Under the pieces are notes generated by a model, which had not been told where the DNA came from, ran no database searches, and was given only the letters and a program-made list of their open reading frames with translations. A stretch of DNA of 64,000 nucleotides from Myxococcota bacterium (GTDB lineage: Bacteria > Myxococcota_A > SURF-8): positions 1,600,001 through 1,664,000 of the forward strand of contig OZ223209.1 of NCBI GenBank assembly GCA_965140415.1, in the 5' to 3' direction. The position numbers and the translations under genes are program-made. Positions 29,534 to 39,941 of this stretch are shown here, in pieces; positions within the stretch are counted from its first letter, which is position 1, and the number at the start of each line of letters is the position of its first letter.

Positions 29534-31785
29534 TGCCCGCCTCCTTGCTGCATGGCGGCGAAAATCCGCTCGGGCGTCACCGGGATCGTATTGACGGAGA
29601 CTCCCAGCGCCTGTTTGACGGCGTTACGCAGCGCCGCGGCGACGCCGTTCATCGGTAGTTCTCCCAGTCCCTTCGCTCCGCCAGGGCCGTGTGAATAGGG
29701 ATGTTCCAGAATGTTCAAGTGAATTTCGGGAATGTCGGCGGTTGTGGGGATAATGTACGTTTGCAGTTTGTTCTGCCGAAAGCGGCCATCCTCGATATCC
29801 ATGCTTTCGCACAGACCGTAGCCCAGCGCCTGCAAAGAACCGCCTTCCAACTGGCCGCGCGCCGCCACCGGATTGACTGCCCGTCCGATATCATAAGCCA
29901 GCCACAGGTTCAGGGGGCGTACTTCATAGGTGTCCACATCCACATCGACTTCCACTGCTACCGCACCCCAGGCGAAGACCGGATAGCTGCTTCCTTTATA
30001 GGTCTCTTCATTCCATTCGATGCCGGGCGGCATTTCGTATTGTTCTTCTACCTTGCCTTCGCCGTTTTTGCATAGCTGTCGGGCGGCTACGTTCCAGCGA
30101 AGCAGGTTACCGTCGGGCAAACGAAAATGTTCGCCTTCCCGTTTTGCGCCGTCACCGGCAAGAGCTTGCAGGCGCGCCAATAACGACCGCGCCGCCTTTT
30201 GCAGAATCGAACCGACGATCATGGTCGAGCGCGAGGCGACAGTCGGTCCCGAATTTGGAACGCGCGAGGTGTCGGGTAAGGGATATTTCACCCGCTCGAC
30301 AGGCAGGGCCAGTTCCTCCGCCACGATCTGCGGAAACACCGTTTGAACCCCCTGTCCCATTTCGGTATTAGCGGCCAGAATTTCCACCGTGCCATCCGGT
30401 TGTAGATTCAACGCCGCGCGCGATTTTAAATATTTTTCGCCGCTGCCGGTAAAGCCCGCACCGTGCAGGACCGTGGCGAATCCAAGCCCGCGCTTAGTGA
30501 AACCCGCCGGATCGGTGTTGATCTTTGCTATATGCGCCAGCCGCTTTTCCGCCTGGCAGTGCTGTAACACATCCTGCAAGCATTCCTGCGCGGCCACGCT
30601 TTCGGCCAGGATTTGTCCGGTAGCCATGGCGTCGCCGCTGTGCAGCAGGTTCACTTGCCGAATTTCGATGGGCGAACGGTTCAGGGCATGGGCGATGTCG
30701 TCGATGTGCGATTCCATGGCGAATTGCGTCTGCGGTGCGCCGAATCCGCGAAAAGCCCCGGAGGGCGGAATGTTCGACTGCACCGCGATGGCGTTGACTT
30801 CGACGTTCTTGCAGCGATACGGTCCCAGCGCGTGTAGAATTCCGCGCGAAAGCACTACCGGCGTTAGAGTGACGTATGCGCCCGCATCCATCACCACATC
30901 CACTTTGAGTGCCAGCAATTCGCCTTGATCATTTGCGCCGCTAGTGATGCGGGTGTAGCAACTGTGCCGCTTGGTGGTAACGGAAATGTCTTCCTCCCGG
31001 TTCAGCAACAGGCGCACCGGATGGCCGCTGGCGCGGGCCAACAGCGCCACATGCGCCGCCAGCAGGCTCGGATAATCTTCCTTGCCGCCGAAAGCGCCAC
31101 CGGTCGGAGCTTGTTCCACGATCACCCGTTCATCGTCTACGCCCAACACTTTCGCCACAGCCGGACGCACGTAATAGGGGCATTGCATCGATCCCAGACA
31201 GCGTTGCACACCGTGTTCATCCGGTGGTGTGGCCAGCATGGCCTGTGTTTCCAGGTATAAATGCTCCTGCGGTCCGGTAATGTATTCGCCTTCCGTTTGC
31301 TGCGTGGCCTGCGAGAATCCGGCTTGCAGGTCGCCATCGGAAATGCGGTAGCGGCTGAAAACGGTCAGACTGTCCGGGTTTTGCTTGTAGCGGGCCACGA
31401 TGTCATCGATGCCGCTTAAAATGGCGGATGGTTCCATCGTGACGTGCACGTGCTCGACGGCTTGTTTGGCGAGTTCGCGCGTGGGAGCGGCAATCAGCGC
31501 CAGCGGTTCACCTGCATAAAGGGCTTGTGTTTGCGCCAGACAGGGCATATCCGCCTCGATGATCTGGATGACGTTCTCGCCGGGGATGTCTTGCGGCAAT
31601 AGCAGCGTAACCTGCGACCAATCGAACGCATCGTCGGTTTGAACGGAAACGATACGCCCGGCGCATGTTGCGCGCACCGTGGCGGCGTGCCAGAGATCGT
31701 CGATCTTCAGGTCCGCCGAAAAGCGCAGCGTTCCCATTACCTTGTCTCTTCCATCGACCCGAGGGACGGCTTTTCCTATGCTCAC
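29530..31785 (-). CDS. Xanthine dehydrogenase family molybdopterin-binding subunit
   Basis: GGAFGGKE, AFRGFGAPQ, EMGQG, GQLEGG, GAKGLGE; substrate cannot be determined from sequence. Confidence 0.93.
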   Translation of the reverse strand: MSIGKAVPRVDGRDKVMGTLRFSADLKIDDLWHAATVRATCAGRIVSVQTDDAFDWSQVTLLLPQDIPGENVIQIIEADMPCLAQTQALYAGEPLALIAAPTRELAKQAVEHVHVTMEPSAILSGIDDIVARYKQNPDSLTVFSRYRISDGDLQAGFSQATQQTEGEYITGPQEHLYLETQAMLATPPDEHGVQRCLGSMQCPYYVRPAVAKVLGVDDERVIVEQAPTGGAFGGKEDYPSLLAAHVALLARASGHPVRLLLNREEDISVTTKRHSCYTRITSGANDQGELLALKVDVVMDAGAYVTLTPVVLSRGILHALGPYRCKNVEVNAIAVQSNIPPSGAFRGFGAPQTQFAMESHIDDIAHALNRSPIEIRQVNLLHSGDAMATGQILAESVAAQECLQDVLQHCQAEKRLAHIAKINTDPAGFTKRGLGFATVLHGAGFTGSGEKYLKSRAALNLQPDGTVEILAANTEMGQGVQTVFPQIVAEELALPVERVKYPLPDTSRVPNSGPTVASRSTMIVGSILQKAARSLLARLQALAGDGAKREGEHFRLPDGNLLRWNVAARQLCKNGEGKVEEQYEMPPGIEWNEETYKGSSYPVFAWGAVAVEVDVDVDTYEVRPLNLWLAYDIGRAVNPVAARGQLEGGSLQALGYGLCESMDIEDGRFRQNKLQTYIIPTTADIPEIHLNILEHPYSHGPGGAKGLGELPMNGVAAALRNAVKQALGVSVNTIPVTPERIFAAMQQGGGQ

Positions 31786-31858
31786 GGTTCTCTCCTAATC
31801 GGGAATCGTTCAACGTGAAAGCAGTGTATCACGACGACGGCGTTTGCTTCCATGATTT

Positions 31859-32425
31859 TCAGGGTTTGTCCAGATCTTCGGGGCGATTGCAATTGGAACG
31901 TACGGCAGGATCTGGAACATCCACCAGGCGTACGCGTGCTTGATGCAATTGGTGGTCCAGCCGATTCGTCAGCGGGTCCAGTGTTAGCAGGTGACGTACG
32001 TAGTTAGGAGACAATAAAACCGGATGTCCCTTGCGTCCCTGAAAGACAGGCTGGATTGCATCGCAGTCCGTTTCGTCTGTGTGAAGTAGTGCCGAAAGCG
32101 TTTCGGTGCGTAATCCGATGACATCGACCGGCAGCACCAGTGCCCAGCGATCGGGCGGGACTTCGTTCAACCCACGCAATAGCGAGGAAAACTGCCCGCT
32201 TTCCCATTGATGATTCAAGGTCACCTGTGGCCAGTCTTGTAAAGCTGCTCCGACTCGTTCTGCCTGACAGCCGATCACGATGCAGCTCTGCGCGCAGCCG
32301 TGTTCCTGTATAAAACGCGCCTGTGCCAGTGCCAGCGGTTGACCGTGGCTATCCAGCAGGGCTTTGGGCAATCCCATGCGTTTGCCACAACCTGCCGCCA
32401 GAATGACTCCGCTTGCGGAAATCAC
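31859..32425 (-). CDS. mocA: Molybdenum cofactor cytidylyltransferase-like nucleotidyltransferase
   Basis: VILAAGCGKRMGLPKALL, GQFSSL, GRKGHPVLL; located in the xdh cluster. Confidence 0.78.
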   Translation of the reverse strand: MISASGVILAAGCGKRMGLPKALLDSHGQPLALAQARFIQEHGCAQSCIVIGCQAERVGAALQDWPQVTLNHQWESGQFSSLLRGLNEVPPDRWALVLPVDVIGLRTETLSALLHTDETDCDAIQPVFQGRKGHPVLLSPNYVRHLLTLDPLTNRLDHQLHQARVRLVDVPDPAVRSNCNRPEDLDKP

Positions 32426-33219
32426 GTGTTGTTCCAGATTTTCTTCGGATCGGCGTGTTGACGGATCAACTCGGCGGCAACGGAAACCGCGATTTCCTGC
32501 GGCGTTTCGCTGCCGATGTCCATTCCTACCGGTAAGGTGATGCGCGATAAATACTGTTCACTGATACTTGCCTGTTGCAGGCGTTCGAACAGTTGCTTGC
32601 GCTTGCGCAACGATCCCATGATTCCAAGCGAGCGGAAGGGTTTGTCGCACACACGCTGCGCCACCTCGAAATCGAAACGATGTTCGGGCGTCATGACGAT
32701 GATGTCCAACTCGTCGTGAAAGCGAAGGCGTGTTTCCAACTCTTCATAGGGTGCGGTGATGCGCTTGCATTCCGCAAACGCTTCCAACTCCAGGCGTCCC
32801 TGGCGGTCATCGAATACCGTAACGCCGTAGCCCAATTGTACAAGCAGCGGACATAACGCCGCCGCGACGTGCCCCGCACCGAACACCAGAACCTGCCTGG
32901 CTTGCAGCACCGGTTCAAGGTATACGCTCATCTGTCCACCGCAGGCGTGACCCGCTTTTTCGGAAAGATCGAAAGGCAACAGTTCCGCTTCGCCACGTTC
33001 GTCCATCAGTTGCCGGGCGCGTTCGATGATCTGCAATTCCACATCGCCACCGCCGACGGTGCCCTCGATGCGGCCTCCACGATCGATAAGCATCTTGGCG
33101 CCCGCTTTGCGCGGGGTGCTGCCCGAGGTCTGTACGACTACCGCGTATACGAATTCCCGGCCCTGCTCGCGCCAGTCTGCCGCCAGTCGAAACAGGTCGC
33201 TTTCCTGTATCGCCTTCAT
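32422..33219 (-). CDS. xdhC: XdhC/CoxI family molybdoenzyme maturation factor
   Basis: GSTPRKAGAKM, GTVGGG, CGG, VFGAGHV, PVGMDIGSETPQEIAVS; ATG 33219 overlaps the upstream stop (ATGA). Confidence 0.88.
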   Translation of the reverse strand: MKAIQESDLFRLAADWREQGREFVYAVVVQTSGSTPRKAGAKMLIDRGGRIEGTVGGGDVELQIIERARQLMDERGEAELLPFDLSEKAGHACGGQMSVYLEPVLQARQVLVFGAGHVAAALCPLLVQLGYGVTVFDDRQGRLELEAFAECKRITAPYEELETRLRFHDELDIIVMTPEHRFDFEVAQRVCDKPFRSLGIMGSLRKRKQLFERLQQASISEQYLSRITLPVGMDIGSETPQEIAVSVAAELIRQHADPKKIWNNT

Positions 33220-36200
33220 CGTAAGCTTTTCCGGCGGGAACGTTGCAACGTCGCTGCAAACAGCGCAAACACCAGCAGTAAAACGGCTGGTGTCGTTTGG
33301 GTACTCTGGCAACCGCCGCCGCCACCGCCGCAGACTTCCTCGTTCGAGTCATCGGGCAAGCAGGGATCGCTGTCGTCTTCGTCCGGTCCCGTGCAACCGT
33401 TGCCCTGGCCGTAGCCGTCTTTATCCTGATCCACGCAGCATTGATCCGGGTCGGGATCGCAGGAACAGGCAATGCCTGCGTTACGCTGGGCATCGGTGTC
33501 GTCGCAGTCGATCGGCACACCGGAGGCGCAGGTGCTGCCAACGAAATAATTGTCTTTGTCTTCATCGACGCAATCGTCGGTGTTGCAGACTTCGACTGTC
33601 AGTGTCATTACGTCCGCAACCGAGTCGCCGTTTTCGAAACCATCGGAAACGATCAACTGGATTTGCGCTTGGCCAGTGTCGAAAGCGGTAAAACTGACCT
33701 TGTCGCCCGATTCGGTAACGGGAATCAGGTCGGCGTCGGATAAGCCCAACGTGTTGCCGTCCTCCAATACTGTCCACTGGAAATCGACGAGTTCATGGCC
33801 GTCTGGATCGGAAGAGTTGGAGCCGTCGATATCCACGGGGTTACCGATGCACACCGTCAAATCACCACCCGCATCGGCGGTGGGCGTGTTGTTCGGGTCT
33901 ACATCGATGTCCACGCGCACGCGGCAGTTGGTGCTTTGATCCCAGGAGCGGAACCAGAAAGCATAATGCCCGTAGGTCAGCGGGGTGAAGGTGGCAGTCG
34001 GAGTCAGGCCATCCACCAGAGTCGTTACCTCATCCACCACCGAGTCGGCGGAGATCAGGGACCATTCGTAGGTCAACTCGTCCTGATCCGGATCGTAGGT
34101 GTCGGAGCCATCCATGACAATCGGGAATCCGACGACCACATCATCGATGATGGTTTCGTCCACCGAACAGACCGGCGCGGAGTTATACTCGGAAAGTGCT
34201 TCCACATCCACGATCATCGGCACGCTGGGATCGCCATGATCATCGTAAACCACCAACTGGAAGCGATAGGTTACTTCCAGAATGTCGGGCGTAAAGGAAA
34301 CGCTTTGGGCGGTCCAACTGGAAAGCACCACCGCCGGTCCATCCAGTTGCGACCATTCGAAGTGCATCTCGTCGTCATCCAGATCGACACTGCCGCCGGC
34401 GTCGAGTGTTACCAGCTCGTTGGGATTGGTGACGATGACGCCATCCGCGCCGGGCCGCGCAGCTTCTGTATCCATATTCAGGATGGAGGGAATCGGCGCG
34501 CTGTTGCCTTCACTGGAAACCGCCACGGTAACGGTATCCGGCAGCGAATCGATTTGACCGTCGTTGACGGTTAATTCGAAGGTGTACAGGCCGCTTTCGG
34601 ATGCGTAGAACGTCGGACGCTCCGTGTCCGAGCCTTGCAGTGTCACGGCAACGCCGCCGATCTGCCGCCAGGAGTAGCTCAATGCCGCCTGTTCACGATC
34701 CGTACTGTAGGAGCCGTTCAATTCCACCTTGACGAACGTTGTCGGCGGTGCGGAACCGTCAACGGTTGCCAGCGTTGCACCGAAGGAAAGATCCGCTTCG
34801 GCCACCGGGGGTTCGTTGCTGGTTTCGCCGATGGCGAACTGCCGCAGGTAGGGGCGGCTGTCGTCGACTTCATTGGAAACCATCAGACGGAAGGTATACA
34901 ACCCGGCTTCCGTTGGAGTGAAGTACAGATAACCGGGCGTGCCCGTATCCAGGGTGGGCGTATCCATCGGACCTTCGATGTATTCCCAGGTATAGGTCAA
35001 GCTTACCGGGTCTTCCAGTTTGCGGCGGTCGCTGGAAACGGAACCGTCCAAAATAACTTCCGTGCCCGTTACGGTCAGCGGTACTTCACGGATATACGCG
35101 CAGGGCAGGGCCTTGTGGTTTTCGATGTCGAGCACTTCAACATCCACCGCCAGCGGTTCCGAGTCGTTCAACCCGTCGTTGACGGTCAACTCGAAGCTGT
35201 AAAGCCCTGCCTCTAGCGGTACGAAGCTCGGTTCGGCAATGGTCGTGCTGTCCAGTATCTCGGCATTGTCGGTCCACAAGTAACTGATGCTGTCGTTTTC
35301 GTTGATGTCACCCGAGCGCGAAGCGTCCAGGTAAACGATGCTGCTGGGTGTGTAGCTGCGCCCCAGTTCCGCAACGGCAGTTGGCGGTTGATCCAGAATG
35401 CTAATGCTGGTGCGATCCGTCGGTCCCCAGCGCAGGGTATTGTTTGCGTCTAGCACCAGGTTGTATTCCCCATGCGCGGTGGTGTAGAAACAGGCGATGG
35501 GATCGTTGGGGTATTCGCTCATCCAGTCGGGGTTCAGGTAGACTTCGACGTCGTCGGAATTGTCCTGCACCCAGCGATAGGTCAATTGACGGTTATTGGG
35601 GTTACTGGTTACGCTACCAGCCGCACAGACATAGCCCGGTAATAGTTCCTGATCTTCTCCGGCGTCCACTTCGGCGGCGTCTGAGGGATTGAGCACTTCG
35701 ATGGAGTATTCGCGGCAGGTAAAGAGCAGTTCGTCGTCGCGGATACAGACGTTGAAACTATGTGAACCCACATCGCTTTCCGTCGGCGTCCATTTGAAAC
35801 GACCTACATGGTCGATATTCATGCCGTCTTCTTCGTGTTGCAGGTAATAGGTCAGAATTTCGCCGCATACATTGTCCGGGTCGTATCCACCGAATTCGGT
35901 GTTGAATTCGCTGTTCGGGAAAGCGACCCCGTTTTCGGGAAAGACAACGAAATCCGGTGTGTCGTTTTTATTCATGACCAGAATGTCGATGGTCAACGTG
36001 TCGCTGCCGCCGTCGTCGTCTTCCACTTTCAACTGTACTCGGTGGCTGGGGTCGGGCGTGCCGGAGCAATCGACATCGCTTGAAGTGGTGACCCAGGACA
36101 AGCTACCGGTGAAGCTGTTGCACTCCATGCCTTCCGGCTTTTGCAGGCAGGTGAAAGTCAACGGGTCATTGTCACCCGGCTCGATAATGGTCGGAGTGAA

Positions 36201-38318
36201 GTTGAAGGTGTCCCATTCCCAGATGCGGTCGCTGATGACGATGCTGTCATCGAATTGCGGTGCCACATTCTGCACCTGAATGGACAGCACGAATAGCGAT
36301 GGGTCGCCCTCCGTGCAGGTGCTGTTGCCGTCCGTATCTTCGATGCACAACGCAACGTGTTCGCGATCGGTACCGACCGTGTTTTCTCCGAAACGCACAT
36401 TGACCTGACCTGCGCCGGTAGGGCAGTCTTCGTCTTCAACGCATTCGATGAAGGTGGCTTCCGAGCAGAAACCTCCGGTGCAGGTGGAGGTTACGGTCTC
36501 CGCTTCTTCATCGTTTACGAATGCGACGCCATCGTAAGACAGATCCCAGTGGATGGCCACGATCCGGTCGCCGGGGGCTACACTCGATTGCATGGCGCTG
36601 AAGGTCACAACCTCGCCTTCGTCCATGGTGTATTCATTGCTCGTGCCATGGGGCGTGATTATTGCCGTGGGTGGTTTGTCCACGATGTCGATCAGGTGAT
36701 CGTCCAGCGAGGTGAGATTGTCATCGTCGGTGATGCGCACGGCGATATGCGCCTGCCCAGTGGCATTCCAACTCGGTTGTACCAGCCAGGCGTCATCCAG
36801 ATCGCCGGTCAATACCGAGCCGGTCACTTGTGCCGTGAAATGCTCTGGATCGCCATCGTAACCGAAATCCCATTCAATTTTGATAATTTCATCGGTGTTG
36901 TTGGAAACATCGCTGACCGAGAAATGACCTTCGTCGCCTTCCTGCAACTCGGTTTCGCCGCTGATGGCGGCTTGCGGCGGAATGTCGGTGACGATGACCG
37001 ACACATTGGTGAAATCGTCGGTAGAGTCGTCGTCGATCACGCGCAGGCGCACGACAAAGGGGGCGCTATCCGGGTTGTGATCGCTGTCTTCATCCCAGCT
37101 ATGATTTATGATGCGTGCGGAATCGCCCGGTGTGGGGCTGAAGCCGACCGACTCCAGATAATCCCAGTCCCATTGATACCCGGTAATCGAGCCGGGCACC
37201 GCCTGCGAGCCGGAGGCGTCGAAGCGAAGTTCCTGGCCTTCTTCGATGGTGTAAGGAGCTTCGAGCAAGTCGCCTTCGGTGGTTCGAACCACCAGATTCG
37301 CTTCCGGCAGCACGTTTTCTGGCGTTACCTGGGCAAATGCAATGTAAGTGCGGCCATTGGGATATTCGCCGGAAGAGTAGTTGTCGGTTACACGCACGGC
37401 GGCATTGTAGAGACGGGCGTCTTCGAAGCTATGGATAACCACTTCCCCAAATGCTTCCGGCGAAAATTCCGCCGGGCTGCCGCTGTAATCGAAATCCCAT
37501 TCGAAGGAAACGATTTCATAAGGATTGGGGACCGTATGAACGGCGTTGAAACGGACTTCCTCGCCTTCGGCAAAGGTTTCCAGGTCGCGATCCACGCGCG
37601 CCCAGGGACCTTTGTGGATGACATTCACCGTTAAGCTGGTATAGCCGACGCCCGCCGGGTTGTCGGTGTCGGTTACGCGCAGACCAACCATATAGGTACC
37701 GATGGTGTTCCAGATGTTGCTTGCTGTGGCATTGGGGTTGTCGGCGTCGAAATGTGTCGGGCTGCCGTCCCAGTCCCAATCCCAGGCGTAGGCGTTGATC
37801 TCGCCGCTGGCGTCGCTGGAGTCTTCACCGTGGAAGGTCGTCCAGGTGTCTTTGAAAACCGCCAGTTGTTCGTATTGAATGGTGCCGTCTACATCGAATC
37901 CATACGCCACCGCTTCCGGGGTCGCATTCGAAATCGGGATGATGACGCTAGTCTGATCGGAAGGGTAGGGCGCGGTATTGCTGGTAACCGTCAATACGAC
38001 GACAAAGCCGGTTGCCTGACTTGGAACGCCCGGATTATGCGGGAAAACGTAGGTGTGCGCCGGATTCGGTAACGTCGAGGGCGTGGCCACATCACCGAAT
38101 TGCCAGTTGTAGCTGAGCGTATCGATTTCTCCCTGGCCGGTGGAGTCGCGCCCATCGAATTGGACGGTGTCGCCTTCCACTCCGCTGAAACCATCGCAGG
38201 ATTCGCCGTTGCACAAAATCACGGCCTCTACGGCCTCGGCGCTGATGGGGACGGCAATTGAAAACGACAGCAGGGCCAGCAGCACTAGAATTCTACTCAT
38301 GCGACGAGGATACCACAT
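33216..38318 (-). CDS. Large surface protein with tandem PKD/Ig-like domains and a MYXO-CTERM-like anchor
   Basis: Signal peptide; repeated FDAxxS..YxWDFDY..VxLRVTDD and LDGSxSxDxDxxxLxYxW; C-terminal GGGGGGCQS-hydrophobic helix-RSRRK. Confidence 0.85.
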   Translation of the reverse strand: MWYPRRMSRILVLLALLSFSIAVPISAEAVEAVILCNGESCDGFSGVEGDTVQFDGRDSTGQGEIDTLSYNWQFGDVATPSTLPNPAHTYVFPHNPGVPSQATGFVVVLTVTSNTAPYPSDQTSVIIPISNATPEAVAYGFDVDGTIQYEQLAVFKDTWTTFHGEDSSDASGEINAYAWDWDWDGSPTHFDADNPNATASNIWNTIGTYMVGLRVTDTDNPAGVGYTSLTVNVIHKGPWARVDRDLETFAEGEEVRFNAVHTVPNPYEIVSFEWDFDYSGSPAEFSPEAFGEVVIHSFEDARLYNAAVRVTDNYSSGEYPNGRTYIAFAQVTPENVLPEANLVVRTTEGDLLEAPYTIEEGQELRFDASGSQAVPGSITGYQWDWDYLESVGFSPTPGDSARIINHSWDEDSDHNPDSAPFVVRLRVIDDDSTDDFTNVSVIVTDIPPQAAISGETELQEGDEGHFSVSDVSNNTDEIIKIEWDFGYDGDPEHFTAQVTGSVLTGDLDDAWLVQPSWNATGQAHIAVRITDDDNLTSLDDHLIDIVDKPPTAIITPHGTSNEYTMDEGEVVTFSAMQSSVAPGDRIVAIHWDLSYDGVAFVNDEEAETVTSTCTGGFCSEATFIECVEDEDCPTGAGQVNVRFGENTVGTDREHVALCIEDTDGNSTCTEGDPSLFVLSIQVQNVAPQFDDSIVISDRIWEWDTFNFTPTIIEPGDNDPLTFTCLQKPEGMECNSFTGSLSWVTTSSDVDCSGTPDPSHRVQLKVEDDDGGSDTLTIDILVMNKNDTPDFVVFPENGVAFPNSEFNTEFGGYDPDNVCGEILTYYLQHEEDGMNIDHVGRFKWTPTESDVGSHSFNVCIRDDELLFTCREYSIEVLNPSDAAEVDAGEDQELLPGYVCAAGSVTSNPNNRQLTYRWVQDNSDDVEVYLNPDWMSEYPNDPIACFYTTAHGEYNLVLDANNTLRWGPTDRTSISILDQPPTAVAELGRSYTPSSIVYLDASRSGDINENDSISYLWTDNAEILDSTTIAEPSFVPLEAGLYSFELTVNDGLNDSEPLAVDVEVLDIENHKALPCAYIREVPLTVTGTEVILDGSVSSDRRKLEDPVSLTYTWEYIEGPMDTPTLDTGTPGYLYFTPTEAGLYTFRLMVSNEVDDSRPYLRQFAIGETSNEPPVAEADLSFGATLATVDGSAPPTTFVKVELNGSYSTDREQAALSYSWRQIGGVAVTLQGSDTERPTFYASESGLYTFELTVNDGQIDSLPDTVTVAVSSEGNSAPIPSILNMDTEAARPGADGVIVTNPNELVTLDAGGSVDLDDDEMHFEWSQLDGPAVVLSSWTAQSVSFTPDILEVTYRFQLVVYDDHGDPSVPMIVDVEALSEYNSAPVCSVDETIIDDVVVGFPIVMDGSDTYDPDQDELTYEWSLISADSVVDEVTTLVDGLTPTATFTPLTYGHYAFWFRSWDQSTNCRVRVDIDVDPNNTPTADAGGDLTVCIGNPVDIDGSNSSDPDGHELVDFQWTVLEDGNTLGLSDADLIPVTESGDKVSFTAFDTGQAQIQLIVSDGFENGDSVADVMTLTVEVCNTDDCVDEDKDNYFVGSTCASGVPIDCDDTDAQRNAGIACSCDPDPDQCCVDQDKDGYGQGNGCTGPDEDDSDPCLPDDSNEEVCGGGGGGCQSTQTTPAVLLLVFALFAATLQRSRRKSLR

Positions 38319-38416
38319 CGTGCATACACTCCTTCACAGCCTTCATTTAAGGGCGAGTCCAATCATTTCGACGCTACGGGGATTTCGACACCGCGCACCG
38401 ACATTACAGATCTTAT

Positions 38417-38445
38417 ATGGTACCGGGATATCGGGAAGATGTCAA
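38417..38445 (-). promoter_or_regulatory. Sigma70-type promoter of the PKD protein gene
   Basis: TTGACA-17-TACCAT on the minus strand. Confidence 0.6.
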
Positions 38446-38572
38446 AGTATTCAAGCGGTTCGGAAGGGAATTAACCGCAGCGCAATGCAACGTAAAACAG
38501 CAGGAAACATCATGCAGCAATTCGTTTACTTTGATGTTAAAACGGTTTCCGCACCTTCCCGATTTTTTGCTG

Positions 38573-39679
38573 TTATTCTTCGCCGTCGCCATCTGCTGTT
38601 TCGGCATCGCCATCGGTGATTTCAACGCAGGACTGCGTTTGCTCGTCCCATTCTTCGGTTTCGTTGCAATCGGCGGGTGAGGTTCGCATGAAGTTGCTTG
38701 CACTGCATCCGGCATCGAAATCATAGGCGTCGAATTCGAATTCCAGTTTTCCACTGGCATCGGCCAGCGCCAACTGCAACAGGTGGCGGTCGGAGCGTTT
38801 GAGAGAGCAGTAGGCAAGAATGTAAAAGCTCTTGGATAACGCCACGATATCGGTGGCGATGGTATCGAAGGTTGTGCGCAGTTGGGTAACATCCTGCGCC
38901 CAATAATGACCGTCACTGGCGATGGCTTTCAGCACCTTCTGATCCAGGTCCACTCCCAATCCGACAGTAAACACGGAATGAGTGCTCTGCTGGGCTTCGA
39001 TTACCGCTTCTTCATCACTTACACGCGCCGCCTGGTCGCTGCCGTCGGTAAAGATGACCAACGATCCCGCGAAGAGAACGTCGTCGCGGCGGATATCCTG
39101 CTCGTGATCGTCCAACAGGCGCAGGCCGTTGATCACCGCTCCGTTGAAATTGGTGGATTTGTCCACTGGCTGGTAGTCGGATAACGAATCGATTGCAGCA
39201 TCCAAAGCTTCGACATCATTCGTGAAATCGATTAATGATTGCAGATCTTCACGTCCGTCATAGGTGTAGATCGCCACCATTTCCTGCCCGGCCACGCGAT
39301 CCACAAAGGTGCTGGCGGCATCCTGCAAGCGATCTAAGTTGCTGGTTCCGGTGATCGAGCCGGACATGTCCAGCAACAACAGGGTGGCCAGTTGGAAACT
39401 GTTCGGATCGGTGATGATCGCCTGATCGCTTTCAAAGGGGCTGACATCCTTGCCGTCTTCGCGAATGACGAAATCCGAGCCGTTTCGGCCCGTGATCGGC
39501 AAACCGCCGCAGGTTTTGATCTGGAAATAGACCTTGACCACACTTGGCTCGTAGGTTTCGCCTTCGATCAACTTGAACTTGGCGCAGGATTCATCGTCTG
39601 GTGCAGGACTGTCGTCGCAGGCGAACAGGCCAACGGCAAAAATGGAAACCAGCAGCACTAAAAAAGACAAACGTCGCAT
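38573..39679 (-). CDS. VWA-domain lipoprotein
   Basis: Lipobox GLFAC; MIDAS LDMSGS...T...FTDG; C-terminal DGD tail. Confidence 0.87.
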   Translation of the reverse strand: MRRLSFLVLLVSIFAVGLFACDDSPAPDDESCAKFKLIEGETYEPSVVKVYFQIKTCGGLPITGRNGSDFVIREDGKDVSPFESDQAIITDPNSFQLATLLLLDMSGSITGTSNLDRLQDAASTFVDRVAGQEMVAIYTYDGREDLQSLIDFTNDVEALDAAIDSLSDYQPVDKSTNFNGAVINGLRLLDDHEQDIRRDDVLFAGSLVIFTDGSDQAARVSDEEAVIEAQQSTHSVFTVGLGVDLDQKVLKAIASDGHYWAQDVTQLRTTFDTIATDIVALSKSFYILAYCSLKRSDRHLLQLALADASGKLEFEFDAYDFDAGCSASNFMRTSPADCNETEEWDEQTQSCVEITDGDAETADGDGEE

Positions 39680-39759
39680 AGTCACCCCATACTTAAATCG
39701 GTTGAGATGTTGATTTCATCGTCACTCAGACTCGGCAAATGGAGTCTATTCAGTGGATT

Positions 39760-39789
39760 ATTATACTCGCAAGTCGGGTCTGACGTCAA
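39760..39789 (-). promoter_or_regulatory. Sigma70-type promoter of the VWA gene
   Basis: TTGACG-18-TATAAT on the minus strand. Confidence 0.5.
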
Positions 39790-39941
39790 ATCTTTCGCGA
39801 AACACGTCAAAACGTCGGGCAGCAGGTGTGGAGGTTGTTCTCGGGTTCGATTTTTTAACTAGACGCTCACGTACAAAAAGGATTGCCCTTAATGGGTAGT
39901 TTGAGTTAGGGTAGCCCGCGAAAGAATTCAGGAGGAACGCA

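Noticed and set aside
28208-33219. Selenium-dependent xanthine dehydrogenase or aerobic CO dehydrogenase
   Set aside because: No yqeB/yqeC/selD in the window and no in-frame TGA; the active-site loop is AFRGFG, not the CoxL AYxCSFR
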